Shown: positions 1 through 14,129, counted from the stretch's first letter. The stretch: DNA of 64,000 nt from Octopus vulgaris (GCA_951406725.2 OX597824.1:39184001-39248000); one strand, 5' to 3'. Numbers and translations are program-made. The notes: generated from the letters alone by a model not told the origin.

Positions 1-224
1 TATATATATATATATATATGTGTATATATATGTATATATGTATATATGCATACGTATGTGTATGTACATGTATATGTGTATGTGTGTATATGTATATATG
101 TTTATATATGTGAGTATGTAGTGATATAAGTATATGCATGTGTATGTATGGGTATGTGTATCAGTGTATATGTATATATGTATGTGTGTGTGTATGTATA
201 TGTATGTATATGTGTATGTATGTA

Positions 225-257
<33 letters not shown>

Positions 258-326
258 GTATATGTGTATATGTGTGTATGTATGTGTATGTGTATGTATG
301 TGTATATATATCTATGTATGTATATG

Positions 327-368
<42 letters not shown>

Positions 369-862
369 TGCGTGTGTGTATGCATGCATATATGTATGTA
401 TGCATGTATATGTGTATGTATATATATGTGTGTAAGTGTGTGCATATATGTATTTGTAAGTATGTGTGCGCGTATGAGTATGTATGTATGCTTGCACACG
501 TGTATATATATGTGTGTGTGTGTGTATATATATGGATGCGCGTGCGTGTGTGCACGTGTATGGGTACGCATGTATATGTGTATGTGCGTGTATGCGTATA
601 CGTGTATGTATGTATGTGTGTGCGTAGATTTGTATATGTATGTGTGAGTGTGTATATATATATATATATATATATACATATATATAGATGGGTGTGTGTA
701 TGCGTATAAATGCATGTAAGTATGGATGTATGGATGTATGTATGTATGTATACGTATGTATGTGTGTATGTGTGTATGTATATATATATGTGTGTATATA
801 TGTTTGTGTATGTATATATATGTGTATGTATGTGTGTGTATATGTATGTGTGTATGTGTATG

Positions 863-908
<46 letters not shown>

Positions 909-1000
909 TATAGGTATGTATCTGTATGTAGGAGTATATATGTGTGTGTGTGTATGTACATGCGGGTATATATATATATATGTATATTTATTGGTGTATA
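1..1000. repeat. compound (TA)n/(TG)n/(TATG)n microsatellite field
   Basis: Continuous alternating purine-pyrimidine simple repeats; the overlapping ORFs are YI/CV/HT low-complexity translations. Confidence 0.95.
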
Positions 1001-1367
1001 TGTATAGACTAGCCTCCTAAAGTGTAGACACGAATCTGTAGGTACGAGTACGTATGTGTATATACGTGAACGTATGTAGATGATTGTATGTATGAATATA
1101 ACGCGTGCGTACGTGTATGTGTATGAGTGTACGAATGGGTGAATGTACGTGCTAATGAGTGTGCGTGCGGGAATGAGTACTTGCCTTCTAGTAGACAGAC
1201 AAATGGACATGCAGCCATTGCCAGGATTCTTAGCCCTAGCGATCAAAGATAACAAAAGTAATAAATGAAGATAATAAAATTAAAATTAGGGAATGGGCCT
1301 GTATTGGATTGTATATATATATATATGTATATGTATATTTGTATGTATGTATGTGTGTATGTGTAGG

Positions 1368-1410
<43 letters not shown>

Positions 1411-1472
1411 ATATATATGTGTGTATGTATGTATGTGTGTGTAGATACGTATACATGTGTGTATAGGTATAA

Positions 1473-1935
1473 GTGAGAATCTCCTTATTTACCTATAACT
1501 CTATCCCCCCTTTTTTTATATATATATTTTTATATATATATTTTATATATATATTTTTTTATATATATTTTTTATATTTTTTATTTTTTTATTTTTTTAT
1601 TTTATTTTTTTATTTTTTTATTTTTTTATTTTTTTATTTTTTTATTTTTTTATTTTTTATTTTTTTATTTTTTTATTCTTTCATCTAACTTACCACTGAC
1701 TCCTTGACCACTCCCCCAAGTATGATATTTTGCGCTATGCCTACCCCCAAAAAGTCCCCCACCACCACTCCTTTAAACCTGCCTAAATGTATAAATGCTA
1801 ATACAATTCTTGTTAAATAGCTTCCTGAAGATTTCTCTTGAATGAAACAGTACTAGTCCTGTAGAAGCTCCTTCTATATAATAAATTAATTTTACTCTGC
1901 TATGTATTGAGTACCTTACTTACTGTGGTTAACCC
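1473..1935 (+). mobile_element. putative Penelope-like element pseudo-LTR fragment embedded in (TA)n
   Basis: Non-microsatellite block flanked by (TA)n on both sides, T-rich, containing a type I hammerhead fold; family assignment inferred from the ribozyme only. Confidence 0.5.
1819..1869 (+). ncRNA. type I hammerhead ribozyme
   Basis: agcttc-CTGAAGA-t(ttc tctt gaa)t-GAAA-cag tactagtc ctg-TA-gaagct: stem I agcttc/gaagct, CUGANGA core, short stem II, GAAA, stem III acag/ctgt, GUA cleavage triplet ending 1863. Confidence 0.75.
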
Positions 1936-1952
1936 CGAATCAACCCGGGACC

Positions 1953-2005
<53 letters not shown>

Positions 2006-2111
2006 ATATACGTTATCACATTGCACCTAGTTATTTATATCAATTTTTAGTATGTATATTAGCATTTCTCTAAATCATCCTTAAGTTTTCATATATATAT
2101 ATATATGTATG

Positions 2112-2360
2112 CTAGCAGACTGAATTAGCCCACCCTCGGCCGCTTGTGCAGACACCACTCACGATGCCTACGGTATAGACGAAACTAAGCCTAGTCTAGT
2201 GTTCATAGAAAAGGTCATGGGGAGGTTACCTCGACTGTCAGTGGATGTTTATATATTGCACTCCTCTTACAGCATTAAGAGTGTTTTAACTCGGATGGAG
2301 GATGCCCGAGATCCTAGAAGACACACACACAGACAGACAGAACGGATTCTATATAATAGA
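2112..2360 (-). mobile_element. non-autonomous Helitron-like element
   Basis: Minus strand starts TCTATTATATAG, has (TCTG)n/(TG)n near the 5' end, a GC-rich subterminal segment, and ends ...CTGCTAG. Confidence 0.6.
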
Positions 2361-3030
2361 TATGGAGGCACGTATATATGTATGTATGTAATTGTATGTA
2401 TGTGTATATGTGCATGTAAATATGTACGAAACGTAAATATAATTACATGGGTTGATGTCCTAGCTTAAATATTGGAGACCGTTGCCCCGGCATGGTGCCC
2501 CCCCCCCCCCAATAAGCAGTAAAATGTGTAAGCGAACGAATAAATATGTATACCTTAGGTAAATTAAAATATCTATTTAACAGTTTTACGTACAATATGA
2601 ACGTGTTGTAAATCTAGTGGAAAATATCTCGGAAATCGTCAGATCGGGAGAACCGTAACAGAAAAGATATGTTGGTGGGAAATTACATTTGTATTAATCT
2701 GGAATCAGAAGTAAGGGCGATAACCCAACAATTTGTACACATTAAAAGTTGAAAGGAGTTTTAGTTCCGCCATAATTTGAAATTACAAAAGAATACACTA
2801 CAGAAAAAGAAAAAAGAACAGGAACTTTCGATTAGCATTAAATGATTGTTTTCGTTTTTTGTTAATTCTGATAAGATAGTAATAAACCTGTTATACGGAT
2901 TGGAAAATTCTGTTTTCTCTGCTCTTTGTCACTTTAATTCAACAAGCGTTAGTTTTTATCAATCTTCTCTCGAAACTACATCCAATGTAATTTGAATTAG
3001 AACAATTAAATTAAGGGCTTCTATGGAAAA

Positions 3031-3075
<45 letters not shown>

Positions 3076-3078
3076 GAA

Positions 3079-3119
<41 letters not shown>

Positions 3120-3214
3120 TAATAATAATAATAATAATAACAACAACAACAACAACAATAACAACAACAACAACAACAACAATAATGATGATGATGATAA
3201 TAATAATAATAACA

Positions 3215-3261
<47 letters not shown>
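3031..3261. repeat. (ATT)n to (AAT/AAC/GAT)n trinucleotide tract with strand switch
   Basis: Direct reading. Confidence 0.9.
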
Positions 3262-3265
<4 letters not shown>

Positions 3266-3426
3266 GTGTCTGTTTTTTCATACGCTAATTTATAAATTAC
3301 TGATGAGTTCATTGCGTCTCGTTTCAAAACTGTACCTTATTACATTACAAGAGGACCGTATAACACTATCTCATTAGTGTATGAAAGATAAACACATTTG
3401 TGAGATTATCAACTTTAATACATTGA

Positions 3427-3433
3427 CACACAT

Positions 3434-3526
<93 letters not shown>

Positions 3527-3531
3527 CACAC
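3427..3531. repeat. (CA)n microsatellite
   Basis: Direct reading. Confidence 0.95.
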
Positions 3532-3902
3532 AATTTCTTAGAAACTTTTGAAATAGGTGTCTTTTAAAAATCGTATCTCGTTAAATTGCGATTCCATTGC
3601 GAATTTTGTGTTATATTTCTTTAGTTATGTTCACTAATTTCGACATAGTGCTGATTGTCCAAATATAAACCTTATTTTATTGTTTTTCGCTGTAATTGTC
3701 ATTAATGCTAAATTTTTAACAACACATAACGATGTATTTAACAACACCTAACGATTACCACACTTTATATAGTATATAACGACAAAATACTACACAAAAT
3801 TGATATCTAAGTAGTTTCTCTTCTGACTGGAGAATAAGTATGTACATACATGTAAATATATGTATATTCATATATGCTCCTCTTTGTCTCTTACTCTCTC
3901 TA

Positions 3903-4009
<107 letters not shown>

Positions 4010-5489
4010 ATATACAACACTAGAGTGACATAATTTACTAGATTTTAAAGTAGGAACGTAAGTTGTAAAAATTGTCCTCATTATTCGATAATTTTGCTGC
4101 GTTCTCCATCATTTTACTTGTCAGACTATCTTTTAAGTAATCGATTGAAATTCATGCGACCAATCGTTGGAGTCACTAGAGGATAGATCACATGGATAAT
4201 TCCTTCTGACATATTGCACCGTCAGTTCAAAACCTTTTAAATCCAAATATGCTTTTAGTCATTTTGGGACCGATAAATAATGTATATCATCTACTTTGCT
4301 AAAAATTAAGTCGCTAGGTGTAGGCTTCGAACTTGTCAATCCATGGGACATTGTATTTTCAAAAGAGAAAAAACTTTTTTGGAAATTCGATGGAATAAAG
4401 ACTACGAAAGAACTTTTATATTTGATGCATTGATGTAGCAGGAATTATTGCTCTTCTTTTTGCCGGCCAAGAACGCAACCTTTCTTCACTCTAACAACGT
4501 ATACTCTAATTACAAAACGGTTTCAAAGGGTCTGTGAAAGCCTTGCATACAGATCGCCTCCCTCCAGACCAAACCATAAAAAATTAAGTTAAAGAAAGCT
4601 AGTCGTTGATAATATAATTACTAATCAAACGCTTGTATTCTGAGCTTCAATATCCACATGAGGAAATGTCGATGTTTGTAAATGATATATGTGCGTGTTA
4701 TTTGTAAAGATATATCTGGACATGTTAAAGTTTATAAATCAGTGTTTTGTGTGACTCAATAAAATCTTAGTATCTGTTTCCTGTTCTCTGCTATTCAGGA
4801 TTAAAATGTCTGGTGAAAAATAACAATGTTATTGTCACGTCTCCACAATTATATCACCAATGTAGTTAATTATACAGCTTAAATATCTCTTTACGTGACA
4901 TGTTTAATGCTTGTTTTTATATTAACATTTTTCTTACAAAATATTATAACAACGAAATATATAAATATTAAATATCATTATCATACAGAAAAAAAGTCGT
5001 GAAAAAATATTAGGCATGTTTATTGTTTCTTTATATGTTATAAATATACGATGTTTTATTCTTGTGCTAAAAATCAATATATTATAAATATATGTAGATG
5101 TTTGATAGACATAAATGTTAAACCTACATAAATGTTTGATAAACATTCTGCCTGACGTGCATGTACGATTCTGTGTAGGTCGATTGTCCAGAGAATTATA
5201 TCAGACGAAGGTATCCTATATTCGTTAATCTTAAGAATCTAACACATAGCTTCTATTCGGTAAATTGAATTATTTATCAAGTTAAAAGCCGAATAGATAT
5301 TTAATGTTCTCGTACATTCCTTGGTCGCAACGGTATTGGGTGAAATAAGACTGTAATGTGGGGGATTTTAACATGGTCCAGATCCACGCGATGATTTGAA
5401 TTAATCATTATATATTAAAGAAACACATGTTAATTATGTAGCACATGCAACTCATTCGATCAATCTTAATATCTCAGACATATGGTAAT

Positions 5490-5605
5490 CGCATGGTGGC
5501 AAATTGACAGATTCATTAGCGTATGGGACAGACTGCTTTACACTCTGTAATCTGATTTTAAATCCCGCCGAGGTCAACTTTGTTTTACATCCTTTCAGAG
5601 TTGTT
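5490..5605 (+). mobile_element. degenerate SINE family B fragment
   Basis: aaatcccgccgaggtcaactttgttttacatcctttc matches the family B core at 52200-52260. Confidence 0.6.
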
Positions 5606-6984
5606 CTTGAGTAAAACATTTGGAACTATTCTCTCATCTCTCTCACTCTTATTCCCTATCTTTCCTTCTTTCACACTCACTCTTTCTTTCTCTCTCTCTC
5701 TTCCTCTTTCTCTCTCTCCCTCTCTTTATCTCTCTGTTCTGTGCTGTTAGAACGACTTATGGGAAACCGGTCAATGTACAGTTTTCTTCTATGTCAATCC
5801 CTTCGACTCTGTTGCAGAGAAGGAGCATGAACTTCAGTGCTTTGGTATGTTATACAATTGGAGCCCTACTAAGGAAAGCAACTTCTCGTCTCCCAAATTA
5901 ACACATTGATATTTGTATATGAACCAGAAAAGTAGCTACTGAGTTATGTAACCAATTACTGCATTACAGACAGAGACATATTAACTTCAACGATCTCACT
6001 GATCCCGAATCGAAGGCCCCAATGAAATTCATAGGGACAACTACTTTCTCCTACCCTGATCCTTAAAATAAAACAGCAAACAATATATGAATTTAGACTA
6101 TAATATCGACATAATAATAAATGCATATATGGAATCCTAAATTTGACAGAAAAGGACAAATTTTCAGAGAAATTATAGAGTAGATGAATCAGTCGACATT
6201 GATAATAATTTGATCAATCCTGCATTGATAAACTGCAAATTCTGATTCGGAGTGACTTGAACATAAATTGCAGAGATACTTAAATAAGTGTTGATTTCTA
6301 ACATTGGTTATAAGATAAGAATTTTCATATGACATTGCATGAAGTGTAAAAATTAAGGAACGTAGAGGGATTGTGATCAAATTATGTAGGCTATATTACG
6401 CCTACATATTTTATTGAATCAGGAAAAGATTGTAATGTCTCATAGACTGATTTGAAATTAGAACGTTACATCTTGTAACTGAATTCCACTATCCATTTAA
6501 TCCTCCCATATTGTTCCTTTCTCCTCCAATACTTTTCAATAGGTAATGAAATATTTAATATGTTCTGTTTGTCTTTATAGTCTTTGCTTCTTTATCGCAA
6601 CTGCAAACAACATAAAATGAAATATTAGCATTTGATGAAATTTATAATTGTTTAAATAAGTTCATTATAGTTCTGAAGCTCAAACAAAGTTAGGGTTTCA
6701 ACGTGATATATTAATGAATAAAGGAAAATGATTGTGTAATATTACACATTAATAATGATATTTAAACTTACTAAGCGAAATATCGTTTCATTGATGTAAT
6801 TGGATGCTATGTCTTAATACATGATTTCATTTATTGTATACAGGATATTAAGAAAGAAAAAATATGTATCAGTGATTAGTATTGGAAATATAAGCAGGCG
6901 TAGCAATGGCAGCAGCAACACAGCAACGACTGTTTCAAATACAAAAGCAGCAAATATATGTTGGTTCAGATGGGAAACAGCCAC

Positions 6985-7059
<75 letters not shown>

Positions 7060-7091
7060 TACAGACAAACACACATACACACAACGTATAT

Positions 7092-7240
7092 TCTTTTATT
7101 CTTTTACTTGTTTCAGGCATTTGACTGCGGTCATGCTGGATCACCGCCTTAATGGGTTTTTAGTCGAAGAAATCTACCCCAGGACTTATTCTTTGTAAGC
7201 TTAGTACTTACTCTATCGGTCCCTTTTGCTGAATCTGTAA
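7092..7240 (-). mobile_element. SINE family A 3' fragment
   Basis: ttttacttgtttcag...tgactgcggtcatgctgga...ccccaggacttattctttgtaag matches the tail of 8554-8972. Confidence 0.85.
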
Positions 7241-7639
7241 GCTTGATTTTATTTTCAGTTATAGTAAAAACAATTTTACATTAATCTGACTGGTTACTGA
7301 TTGCTTACTCTATACTTTTGTTGAGTACAAATTAATTATCTTTAAACAAGAATATTAGTGACAGTCACTTCGAGGTTTCAGCATTTAAACCATCATCGGT
7401 CAGCGATACATACACCACCGATAGTTGTTGTTGACAAACAACGACAGTAATTTCATTCAGCTGAATACACGTCATTGATTGGTTAACATTACCGAAATAC
7501 GAGAACTCTAACGTGAAATAACTTAGTAAATATAAGTTTTTCTCAAAAATGCTAACACTAAAAGATGTTTTATATGACACATTCTACCAGTGTCCGAAGT
7601 TTGAAAGTGTTTAGTTACAAAAAATTATTTTTTTAATCT

Positions 7640-7960
7640 GTAGGTCAAAAAGTAAAGATACAAAATCTATTTTGGGTATGTGGGTTTGAGTAAAGTGGTA
7701 ATGAGGTTTTAGGGTAGGTTGTTTCGGAGAGATGTTTTAAAGGAAATTTAATGATTTAATTTGAGGTTATGCTATTGATTTTTATTCATGTATGCAGAAT
7801 TTGTAAGCTGGTGTAAATAGTTTGGTATGTCTCTTCTTAGCAGGCTGGTATAGAATAGGCCAGTATTCAATGTTTTGGGTAATGGAATTTTTTAGGGGTT
7901 CGCAATAGAATTTAAGTAGGTGGTATGCTTTAGCCGGTCGATCTTTTTATTTGCTCTTGT
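7640..7960 (-). mobile_element. possible degenerate Penelope-like GIY-YIG C-terminal relic
   Basis: Minus translation EYWPILYQPAKKRHTKLFTPAYKFCIHE loosely resembles the W-I...C.LC..EK motif of PLE endonuclease ends; multiple stops. Confidence 0.25.
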
Positions 7961-8553
7961 GGCTATTTAGGGTATTTAAAAGATTTTAAATTTTACATTT
8001 AAAAAAAGTAAAAGAGAAATAAGAATTGTATATATATTGATTTTTGTATCTATAGAATATATCAATGCTAATCCTTTACAGAAGAAATGCGTAGGTAACT
8101 GAATCGATTCTACTATATTACTGGTACTAAACGTATTAACCCTGGATTGAATGAAGAAAGAAAAACGAGAATTCTACTGATGTCACTTTAAATTACCATA
8201 AAAGAAAACTATCCACGGTATATTAGTTTGCAACTCTACCGATTATTATAATTTGGAGCTCAGAGCTAGGCAAAAATCTCTTCTTACTTTGGGAGAAGGG
8301 AGAGTTCAGTCGATATGAATGCTCGAAGTATTTGGAGAATGATGAAAAATAAAGTCACCTTACTTACTTCCTATACATACTGGAGGTGGTCAATGTTGAA
8401 AACGATCGAACCCGGTTCCTGTTTCTGTACGGATGTGTATTCTACAGCGAATGCACCATCTTTTCTCTTTTGGAAAGTAGTTACTGTATGTTTCTCCACC
8501 CTTCTTTTTCTTTCACCCCCTCTCTCTCTCCCCCTCTCTGTATATATATATAT

Positions 8554-8970
8554 CTTACTCTTTTACTCTTTTACTTGTTTCAGTCATTTGACTGTGGCCA
8601 TGCTGGGGCATCACCTTTAGTCGAGCAAATCGACCCCAGGACTTATTCCTTGTAAATCTAGTACTTACTCTATCGGTCTCTTCTGCCGAACCGCTAAGTT
8701 ACGGGGACGTAAACACATCTCCATCGGTTGTCAAGCGATGTTGGTGGGACAAATACAGACACACAAACACATACACACACATACACATATATATATATAT
8801 ACATATATACAGCGGACTTCTTTCAGTTTCCGTCTACTAAATCCACTCACAAGGCATTGGTCGGCCCGAGGCTATAGTAGAAGACACTTGTCCAAGGTGC
8901 CACGCAGTGGGACTGAACCCGGAACCATGTGGTTTGTGAGCAAGCTACTTACTACACAGCCACTCCTACG

Positions 8971-8972
<2 letters not shown>
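8554..8972 (-). mobile_element. tRNA-derived SINE family A (octopus OK/OR-like, CORE-like), full length
   Basis: Minus: ggcgtaggagtggctgtgtagtaag (A box)...gggttcagtccc (B box)...ccttggacaagtgtc, internal microsatellite, tail ending gaaacaagtaaaagagtaaaagag; about ten related copies in window. Confidence 0.9.
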
Positions 8973-9024
<52 letters not shown>

Positions 9025-9028
<4 letters not shown>

Positions 9029-10150
9029 ATCATTCAGTTCTATTTCAAGATTTCTTGTCAATAGAGAAAGAGTCCGTTTCTAACCTAGAACCAATGATCC
9101 TTCATTGAAATTTCAACATCAAGAACAGGGTATTGTTGTATGTATACAAACGTGCAGATTTGTATGTCTTGTTTTATGTATGTTTCTCCTGTATATAGTT
9201 GCATATCTAGCCATGATCAGATTTTTACAGTTCCAGTGATGACTTGGATCTGTAGTCTACGAATCAGCCTTCTCCTTTCTGACTTTGAGAAGCCTAATTT
9301 CTCAAGATTGGTATTTAAGCAGTGTGTTACATATTCCAGTGTCCCAATAATTACAGGTATAAACCTGAACTTGTAATATGGATAGCGTAACTGCAGATTT
9401 CTCAAAAATTCAGCGTAGGTATTTTCTTTGTCACTGATCTTCAGCTTTATATTAACATCAGCTGGGCAACTGATTTCCACAACTGTACACAGTTTCTCTT
9501 CTCTATCCCATATCATTATATGTCTATTGTAATTACATTTCATTGAAGTTTTCACATGGATATTGCACTTGTACTCCATTTTATTATGAGCGGTTATGGT
9601 TTCCAGCATACTATGGCTTCTTATTTCTTTGTCCTCGAGGTTATCCTATCGACGGATTTCGTTATAGAGCGTCCTAGCTACAACATCATGTTACATAGAC
9701 AGATCGTGATGACATTTTCGGACAACTGCTTATGACGTGGGTTATATCTTCGGTGTTTACTCCACAAAGTCTGCATCGGTTGCCGCCTTTTACTGCTTCT
9801 CCTACACATCTATCCCTTTTCTGCATGAAGCATTTGATTGATATTTCCTGCTCCTGAATTGCAAATTTATTTCCTTCAAGTGGGAGGCAGTAATCTGATT
9901 GTTGGTCTATGATAGACTGCTTCGATGATCAATGCTACTATCATCTCTGAGCTTTCTACTAACATTTCTATGCATGGACGTCTGCCCATATATGCTCATC
10001 CTTTCATCTGATGATACTTTACGGTAGAGTCGTGCGACCTCTTTGGGCATGTATTCTAAGTTATGAGACAAGGAACGCTGCTCAAGGAGCTGCCTTCCAA
10101 ATCTTGTGATGTTATCAGCCTCATGTATGCAAACTTGGTCAACGGATGCA
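9025..10150 (-). mobile_element. R4/Dong-type LINE 3' fragment (CCHC knuckle + restriction-like endonuclease)
   Basis: ORF 9217-9609 IWDREEKLCTVVEISCPADVNIKLK...YAEFL...FIPVIIGTL; upstream CRLCGVNTEDITHVISSC. Confidence 0.85.
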
Positions 10151-10203
10151 CTTCTAAACTTATATTTTTTATGTATGTATATATGTATTATTATAATATA
10201 ATA

Positions 10204-10300
10204 CTAGCAGAAATATCTCCCTCCGGGCGGTTCTCTGCTAGCCAGTTGAGAATATTTTCACATTTGATTCCCAAACATTTGATTGTTTGTCAGCTTGTCA
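10204..10300 (-). mobile_element. Helitron-like 3' terminus
   Basis: Minus strand ends ccgcccggagggagatatttctgCTAG|T, a GC-rich subterminal segment followed by CTAG. Confidence 0.45.
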
Positions 10301-10619
10301 ATTTATATACATACATACATATATATGCACACACATATGCATACATATACACACACACACATGCAAAATTTTATGCAAACACAAGACTGGTTGAAGGATA
10401 CGAAGAATTTTTAACGTAACATGCAGTGTATAATACTGTCAAGAACTGTTTCAGATACAACTAGAATCAATTTCATTTGTAAATGTAAAGAGACAGTAAT
10501 GTGTGCAGCCAGAAAGATAAACGGCGAATACACAAAAATTAGAAACTACTTGAAGCAAAAATAAATTAATAAATCAATAAATCATTAAATCAATACAAAT
10601 ATGAACGAAACCTGGAAAG

Positions 10620-11330
10620 AAAGACTACCGATGGGCACTTTGTGATGACATATAGCAGAAAAGGCAATGGGCTTAGTGAAAAGATAAAGGTTTAATGAAG
10701 GAAACAGTAACTTTTATCGCAGGCAGTCAAGAAGAAGTAATTTTAAGAAACATTTTAGTTAAAGCCTGCGAGATAAACTTTATCGGATGCGTGGCAAGTG
10801 AAGGGAAACAGATTTGTGTAGTATATGAAATTAGTAAGATGACACATGAACAATATTAAAGCAGATACGAAAGCATAAAGTGGTTGTTAAATACTGGTGT
10901 GGTTAACAGTAATAAGAAAGATGAAATTAAATTGCATGAAAAGTATATACAACACTTAAATAACCTGACTGGAAATTATTCATGTAGCATCTTATGGGAT
11001 TCTTCAGTATAAATGGTGAATATAATCGAAGCAGGGATAGAAGATATCTTAATAGTGAAGACGAGTAAATGCAGTCCGTCACATCATACGCATTGCTAAT
11101 GTAAATGCTTATGATAATATTACTAAAAGAATGGAGGAAGTTCGGAATGTATTGGAATTATGCCTTTGAAAATATGCGATCGAAACTGTCTACCTTTTAT
11201 CATAAGCGAGCTAAAAACATCAGAACATTAATATTAATGAACACCTTTTATTTCTTTCAGTAGTTTCTCATACAACTAAAGTCCTGTTGAGGCAGTGCCT
11301 TCAGTGGTTTTAGAAATTCTTAACTAGTCG
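10620..11330 (+). mobile_element. highly degenerate R4/Dong-type LINE 3' fragment
   Basis: Remnants of ET.TFI.GSQE, CR.CG, ILWD and I..I motifs with many stops. Confidence 0.45.
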
Positions 11331-11401
11331 GGTAAATTGGCGCTTATAACATATAGAGAGAATAAATACATAATAATTATACAAGCAATCCAACTCCATA
11401 T

Positions 11402-11568
11402 AGGCGCAGTTATGTCATGATCAAAAAGTGCGTTTCGCAACTACGTCGTTTTGAGTTCAGTCCCACTACACGGAACGTTGGGTAATTGTTTTCTGTTATA
11501 GCCCCGTACTGACGATCTGATCAATGCCTTGTGAGTGAATTTGGTAGACGGAAACTGAATGAAAGACC

Positions 11569-11642
<74 letters not shown>

Positions 11643-11798
11643 TTAATAATAATAAAATGCCAACAAAGAACGAGACCTCGATATCATGAAAATAGAGGAT
11701 TTATATATATATATATATACATAAATACATACATACATACATACATACACACAGACACACACACACTCACTCACACACACACACACACACACATATAT

Positions 11799-11853
<55 letters not shown>

Positions 11854-11882
11854 TATGTATGTATGTATGTATGTATATATAT

Positions 11883-11949
<67 letters not shown>

Positions 11950-12196
11950 TATGTATGTATGTATGTATATATATATACATGCATGTGTCTGTGTGTCTTT
12001 CTGTTTTCCTCCTCACTGCTTGGAAACCGGTGTTTCTTTGTTTATGTAGAGAAAATAAACCGGTTCGGCAAAAGAAACCCATAGAATACATGCCGCTCTT
12101 AAAAAAGAACTTCGATAGATTTGTTCGAGTAAAGCTTTCAAAGAAGTGCCCCAAATCATGTAAAAGTAATCTTTTCAATTATAAATACACAAGTAA
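11402..12196 (+). mobile_element. degenerate SINE family A with expanded internal microsatellite and insert
   Basis: Head ggcgcag...gagttcagtcccactacacgg...ccttgtgagtgaatttggtagacggaaactg; tail ccggttcggcaaaagaaacccatagaata...caagtaaaa; (TA)n/(GATA)n between. Confidence 0.7.
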
Positions 12197-12932
12197 AAAT
12201 AATAAAACAACAAAGGAATAATTTTAATACGTTTACTAGTTTAACTATTCATTTCTTAATTTCATAAGATTTTTCTTTCGGTATTTGTCTGCTTTTTGCT
12301 CTTAACAATTCTATTATATTATTTTTTTATATTAAACAAATCTTTTTATAATTACATCCATACCTCACCTGACTTCCCTACTGCTTCATACGTTTTTCTA
12401 CACTCTACACACACTTTATCCACCACTCTATGGTTTCTCTTGGCTAAACATCTCCCTTTCTCCAGCTAGTCAATGACCACTTCCTTCGATATCTTAACTG
12501 GTCATATCATCCTCCTCTCATTCATGTACCAGACAAATGCAATATTCCAATACGTAGTGAACCAAAAATTTGCAATCCTTAATTTTTACCCCTTTTCACC
12601 CGTTCTCTTTCTTCACTTTCTTTGTATCTATCTTCCTTAATTCTTTTCTTTAAAATCCCAGTCACTTTTATTTTTCTTCCTTTTATATCTTTCTCTTTTA
12701 CTTTTGCACCTTCTTGCCTCGGCTTCCTCGCCCTCAATTTCTTCTCTAGCCTCTGCCATTCCTTATGCTCTTTTATATTGCAGCAAATTCAACAATGCCT
12801 TCTGAAATATTTTTGAAAAAAATTGGTTATTTAACGGTATTGTCAGTTACAAGCCAAATGGTGCTTCGAAAAGTGGCACCGAGAAATTCGAATATGCAAC
12901 AGCAGAAAACCTATTTCTTCCAGTGGTTATGC

Positions 12933-12933
<1 letters not shown>

Positions 12934-13022
<89 letters not shown>

Positions 13023-13050
13023 TTATGTGTCTGTCTGTCTGCCTGTCTAT
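12934..13050. repeat. (TATC)n / GATA microsatellite
   Basis: Direct reading. Confidence 0.95.
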
Positions 13051-13067
13051 TTATCGATCTATATACA

Positions 13068-13220
13068 GGCGAAGGCGTGTGTTTGTGGGAAGAATCTTGC
13101 TTCCCAACTAGATGGTTCCAAGTTCAGTCTCACTGCGAAGCAACTTGGGCAAGCGTCTTCAACTATAGTCTCGGGCCGATTAGAGCCTTGTGAGTGGATT
13201 TGGTAGATGGAAATTGAAAT
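13068..13220 (+). mobile_element. SINE family A 5' half
   Basis: ggcgaaggcgtg...aagttcagtctcactgcg...cttgggcaagcgtcttcaactatagtctcgggccg...gccttgtgagtggatttggtag. Confidence 0.8.
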
Positions 13221-13480
13221 ACATACATATATATACATACAAAATTAAGAGGAATGACCACTAAAGTGGACACCTAGTATGCTAAAGATAAACGTCAAAT
13301 CTCCATTACCACGAAGAATGTGTTCTCAAAAAAATCTCAGCAAAACGCCAAAATGTAAAAATGAGCAAGTCAAATGAAAATATACGAAATAAAAAACGAT
13401 TACCTACGTACTAACGGTTTCACTTGTTAATATCTACGTATGCAAACACGCAGATATCTGCAAGATCGTTAGCCTAGTCT

Positions 13481-13481
<1 letters not shown>

Positions 13482-13541
<60 letters not shown>

Positions 13542-13645
13542 AAGTAGTAGTAGTAGTAGTAGTAGCAGTAGTAGTAGCAGCAGTGCTAGTAGTAGAAGTA
13601 GTAGTAGTGGTGGTGGTTGTGGTAGTAGTAGTAGTAGTAGTAGTC
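13482..13645. repeat. (TAG)n microsatellite
   Basis: Direct reading. Confidence 0.95.
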
Positions 13646-13651
13646 GTATTT

Positions 13652-13805
13652 AGCAGGGAATTGGCAGAATCAGCGCATCAGGCAAGCTGCTTAGAAGTAT
13701 TGATTCCAGCTCTTTATGTTCCAAGTTCCAATGCTGCCGAGGTCTACTCTTTCGTTTATCCTTTGGGGCTCGATGAAATACGTACTAGTTGAGCGCAAGG
13801 GTAGA
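13652..13805 (+). mobile_element. degenerate SINE family B
   Basis: ttggcagaatc...aagttccaatgctgccgaggtctactctttcgtttatcctttggggctcgat...tactagttg. Confidence 0.65.
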
Positions 13806-13843
13806 TGCTTGTACTAGTTTTAATTACGGTGGCATTCCCCCAT

Positions 13844-14058
13844 GGTGCTAAAAAGTTCCTGGCTTTGGGTAAAAAATAAGATACAGGAGGATCAGTTAAT
13901 TATGATTTTGCTGAACATATTCCTTTCTCAGATTCACACACTTATTGCAGCGGTCCTTCAGTTTCACTAAACCCTGTAAAAGAACTGGGAATGTTGTGCG
14001 TCCAACCAGGTCTTTCGCGACACCCTTAAAAGCCAAGAACTTTTCAGCACCCTTCGTA
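13844..14058 (-). mobile_element. mariner-derived MITE
   Basis: TIRs ggtgctaaaaagttcctggcttt / aaagccaagaacttttcagcacc; internal minus translation GLVKLKDRCNKCVNLRKEYV resembles the mariner transposase C-terminus (KL..RW.KC....G.YV). Confidence 0.8.
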
Positions 14059-14129
14059 TGGTCCCATGCAGCAGCAGGGGACCACACGAGGCGTAGCAGT
14101 CGCAGCAGCAGCAGCAGCAGTAGTAGTAA

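Noticed and set aside
134-1255. Long ORFs up to 364 aa, and similar YI/HT/CV/poly-I/poly-Y ORFs throughout the window
   Set aside because: Translations of dinucleotide and trinucleotide microsatellites, which lack stop codons by composition
12350-12830. Possible gag/ORF1 relic on the minus strand (purine-rich, C..C....H)
   Set aside because: Incomplete knuckle and many stops; not enough to call
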